A stretch of 64,000 bases of DNA. It comes from Callorhinchus milii. Lineage: Eukaryota. The position numbers and the translations under genes are program-made. The notes beneath the pieces were generated by a model, which did no database searches, had not been told where the DNA came from, and worked only from the letters and a program-made list of their open reading frames with translations. Every line of letters starts with the position of its first letter. The first letter of the stretch is position 1. The stretch is taken from assembly GCF_018977255.1 (NCBI RefSeq), contig NW_024704742.1, positions 93,932,001 through 93,996,000 of the forward strand. Direction: 5' to 3'. Of this stretch, positions 62,526-64,000 are shown one piece after another.

Positions 62526-63878
62526 TTCACACACTATATTACCTGAGCCTTCCCTTGTAGCCGGCTGTGAAGACTCATGTTTGCTTTTGGATTTTCTCAG
62601 AGTCCAAGCAGTATAACAAAAATCATGTAACATGTGAAACTTTTTTATTTGGAGGCAGCAACATCTCATTTAAAGGCTCGATGATTTCCGTATGACTGAT
62701 GAACAGGATAAGGGAGTACAGTCTTATTGTCTATGCTGGCAAGAAACCTGCAATTTAGGGATGAATAAGTAGGGACTATTTTTATTCTTAAAAGGAATTC
62801 TAAGAAACAATCAAAACCATTGAAATGTATGACAGGAAAAAGTAATCACACTTATAAAAAACCCTTTTTTTTAAAAAAAAAGCTGAATCCAGGAGGAAAA
62901 GTTTTTACAAAAAGACTTTCCTGTTCCCCAAATGTCAAAAAACTGACGGGTGTTGTGTGAGGAGACAGGAAGAAAATTCCCATGATCTCAATCAAATTTT
63001 ACACAACTGGGAAACAAAATATAAGCTTCTGGTTCAGAATGACAATCTATTGTGGGGCTGGGGGTGTGCTGCATGGTCTGAGTGCCGTTCCTCGATTAGA
63101 CGTTAAATCGAGGTCCTTCAAGTAGATGTTAAACATCCCAGGACACTATTTAAAAAGAGAAGGACATTGCTCCTGATGTCCTGGTTACCAGTTCACCAGA
63201 TAAAATTAGTCATTCACTTCATCGCTGATTTTATAACAGGAGGTCAGAGCCAGGCAAGCGGAGGCAGCGGGTAGTGGAGTGGTGAGAAAGCATGTCAGAA
63301 AGGTAAGGAGGTGCCAGGGAGTGAAGCGTCTTTTAGAGGAAAGTAGAGGAAGGTAGAGGAAAGTCTTTTTCTCCTGGGTTCAGCTTTTAATTTTTTTTAA
63401 AAAGTGGCGTTTGTAAGTGTGATCATGTTTGCCTGAATTCAGATCCTGAAGTCCAATCTAAGTGCAGTGTGTGATAGATTTTAATTGGAAACAGAAAGTG
63501 GCTGAAGAGGTTTGGGCACCACAAGTAAAACTCTCCTTTTTGTTCTGTTGAACATGGGTCAAATAAATGTGTTTTGAAGGGTTGCGTAACCTAAGATAAG
63601 GCAGCCCCCCACCCCCAGTGTGTGATGGTACCACATCATTTGATTCACCTTAACATGGACTACTCATGAGACTTTCGTGTTTATATAGAAACCTTATAAA
63701 GCCCCTTAGTTTGTAAAATCCTCCCTCTTGATGACACACTTTCTGTACGACTCCCAGAAGCCAGTTGTAATAAAGAGTGTAATAAAATATGAACATAAGA
63801 ATATTTTATTGCGAACTATGAACAAACCAGCTGCATACAGACCTCATTAAAAGGACCAAATGGCATTGAATTTACATT

Positions 63879-64000
63879 TATAATAATAATCCTTGCATTT
63901 GATATAGCGCTTTTCATGTCGGGAGGACGTCCCAAAGCGCTTCACACAACACACTGTAAAGTGAATTGACTGTATATTTGTGGGCGAACGCGGCAGCCAA
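63879..64000 (-). mobile_element. Family A SINE 3' end, cut by the window edge
   Basis: Reverse-complement tail and Deu core. Confidence 0.88.

Overview
Repeat-rich vertebrate genomic DNA, almost certainly a cartilaginous fish. The tRNA/Deu-domain SINEs plus L2, CR1 and Tx1 relics point to a chimaera/elephant-shark-like genome, but the species assignment is inference. The only recognisable host gene is the 5' part of FANCC (Fanconi anemia group C) on the + strand. Three coding exons (39676-39840, 50166-50250, 51160-51254; 165+85+95 nt) splice in frame into 115 aa that align with the human FANCC N-terminus, and the gene continues beyond the window. A GC-rich promoter and non-coding first exon probably lie at about 22.0-22.8 kb, followed directly by two unusual tandem arrays. 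Nearly all ORFs in the track are chance ORFs or retroelement fragments. The most notable observations are: a multi-copy RTE/RTE-X-like LINE family of a type I recall mostly from non-vertebrates; a pentamer-built VNTR carrying 10 candidate splice donors at the presumed exon 1 boundary; a ~35-unit hairpin/(CA)n minisatellite; a GLI+TCF motif cluster in a FANCC intron (PTCH1 neighbours FANCC in human); and templated or fold-back junctions at L2 5' ends. I see no evidence of a prokaryote-type system such as CRISPR. Repeat boundaries were read by eye and are approximate (tens of bp).
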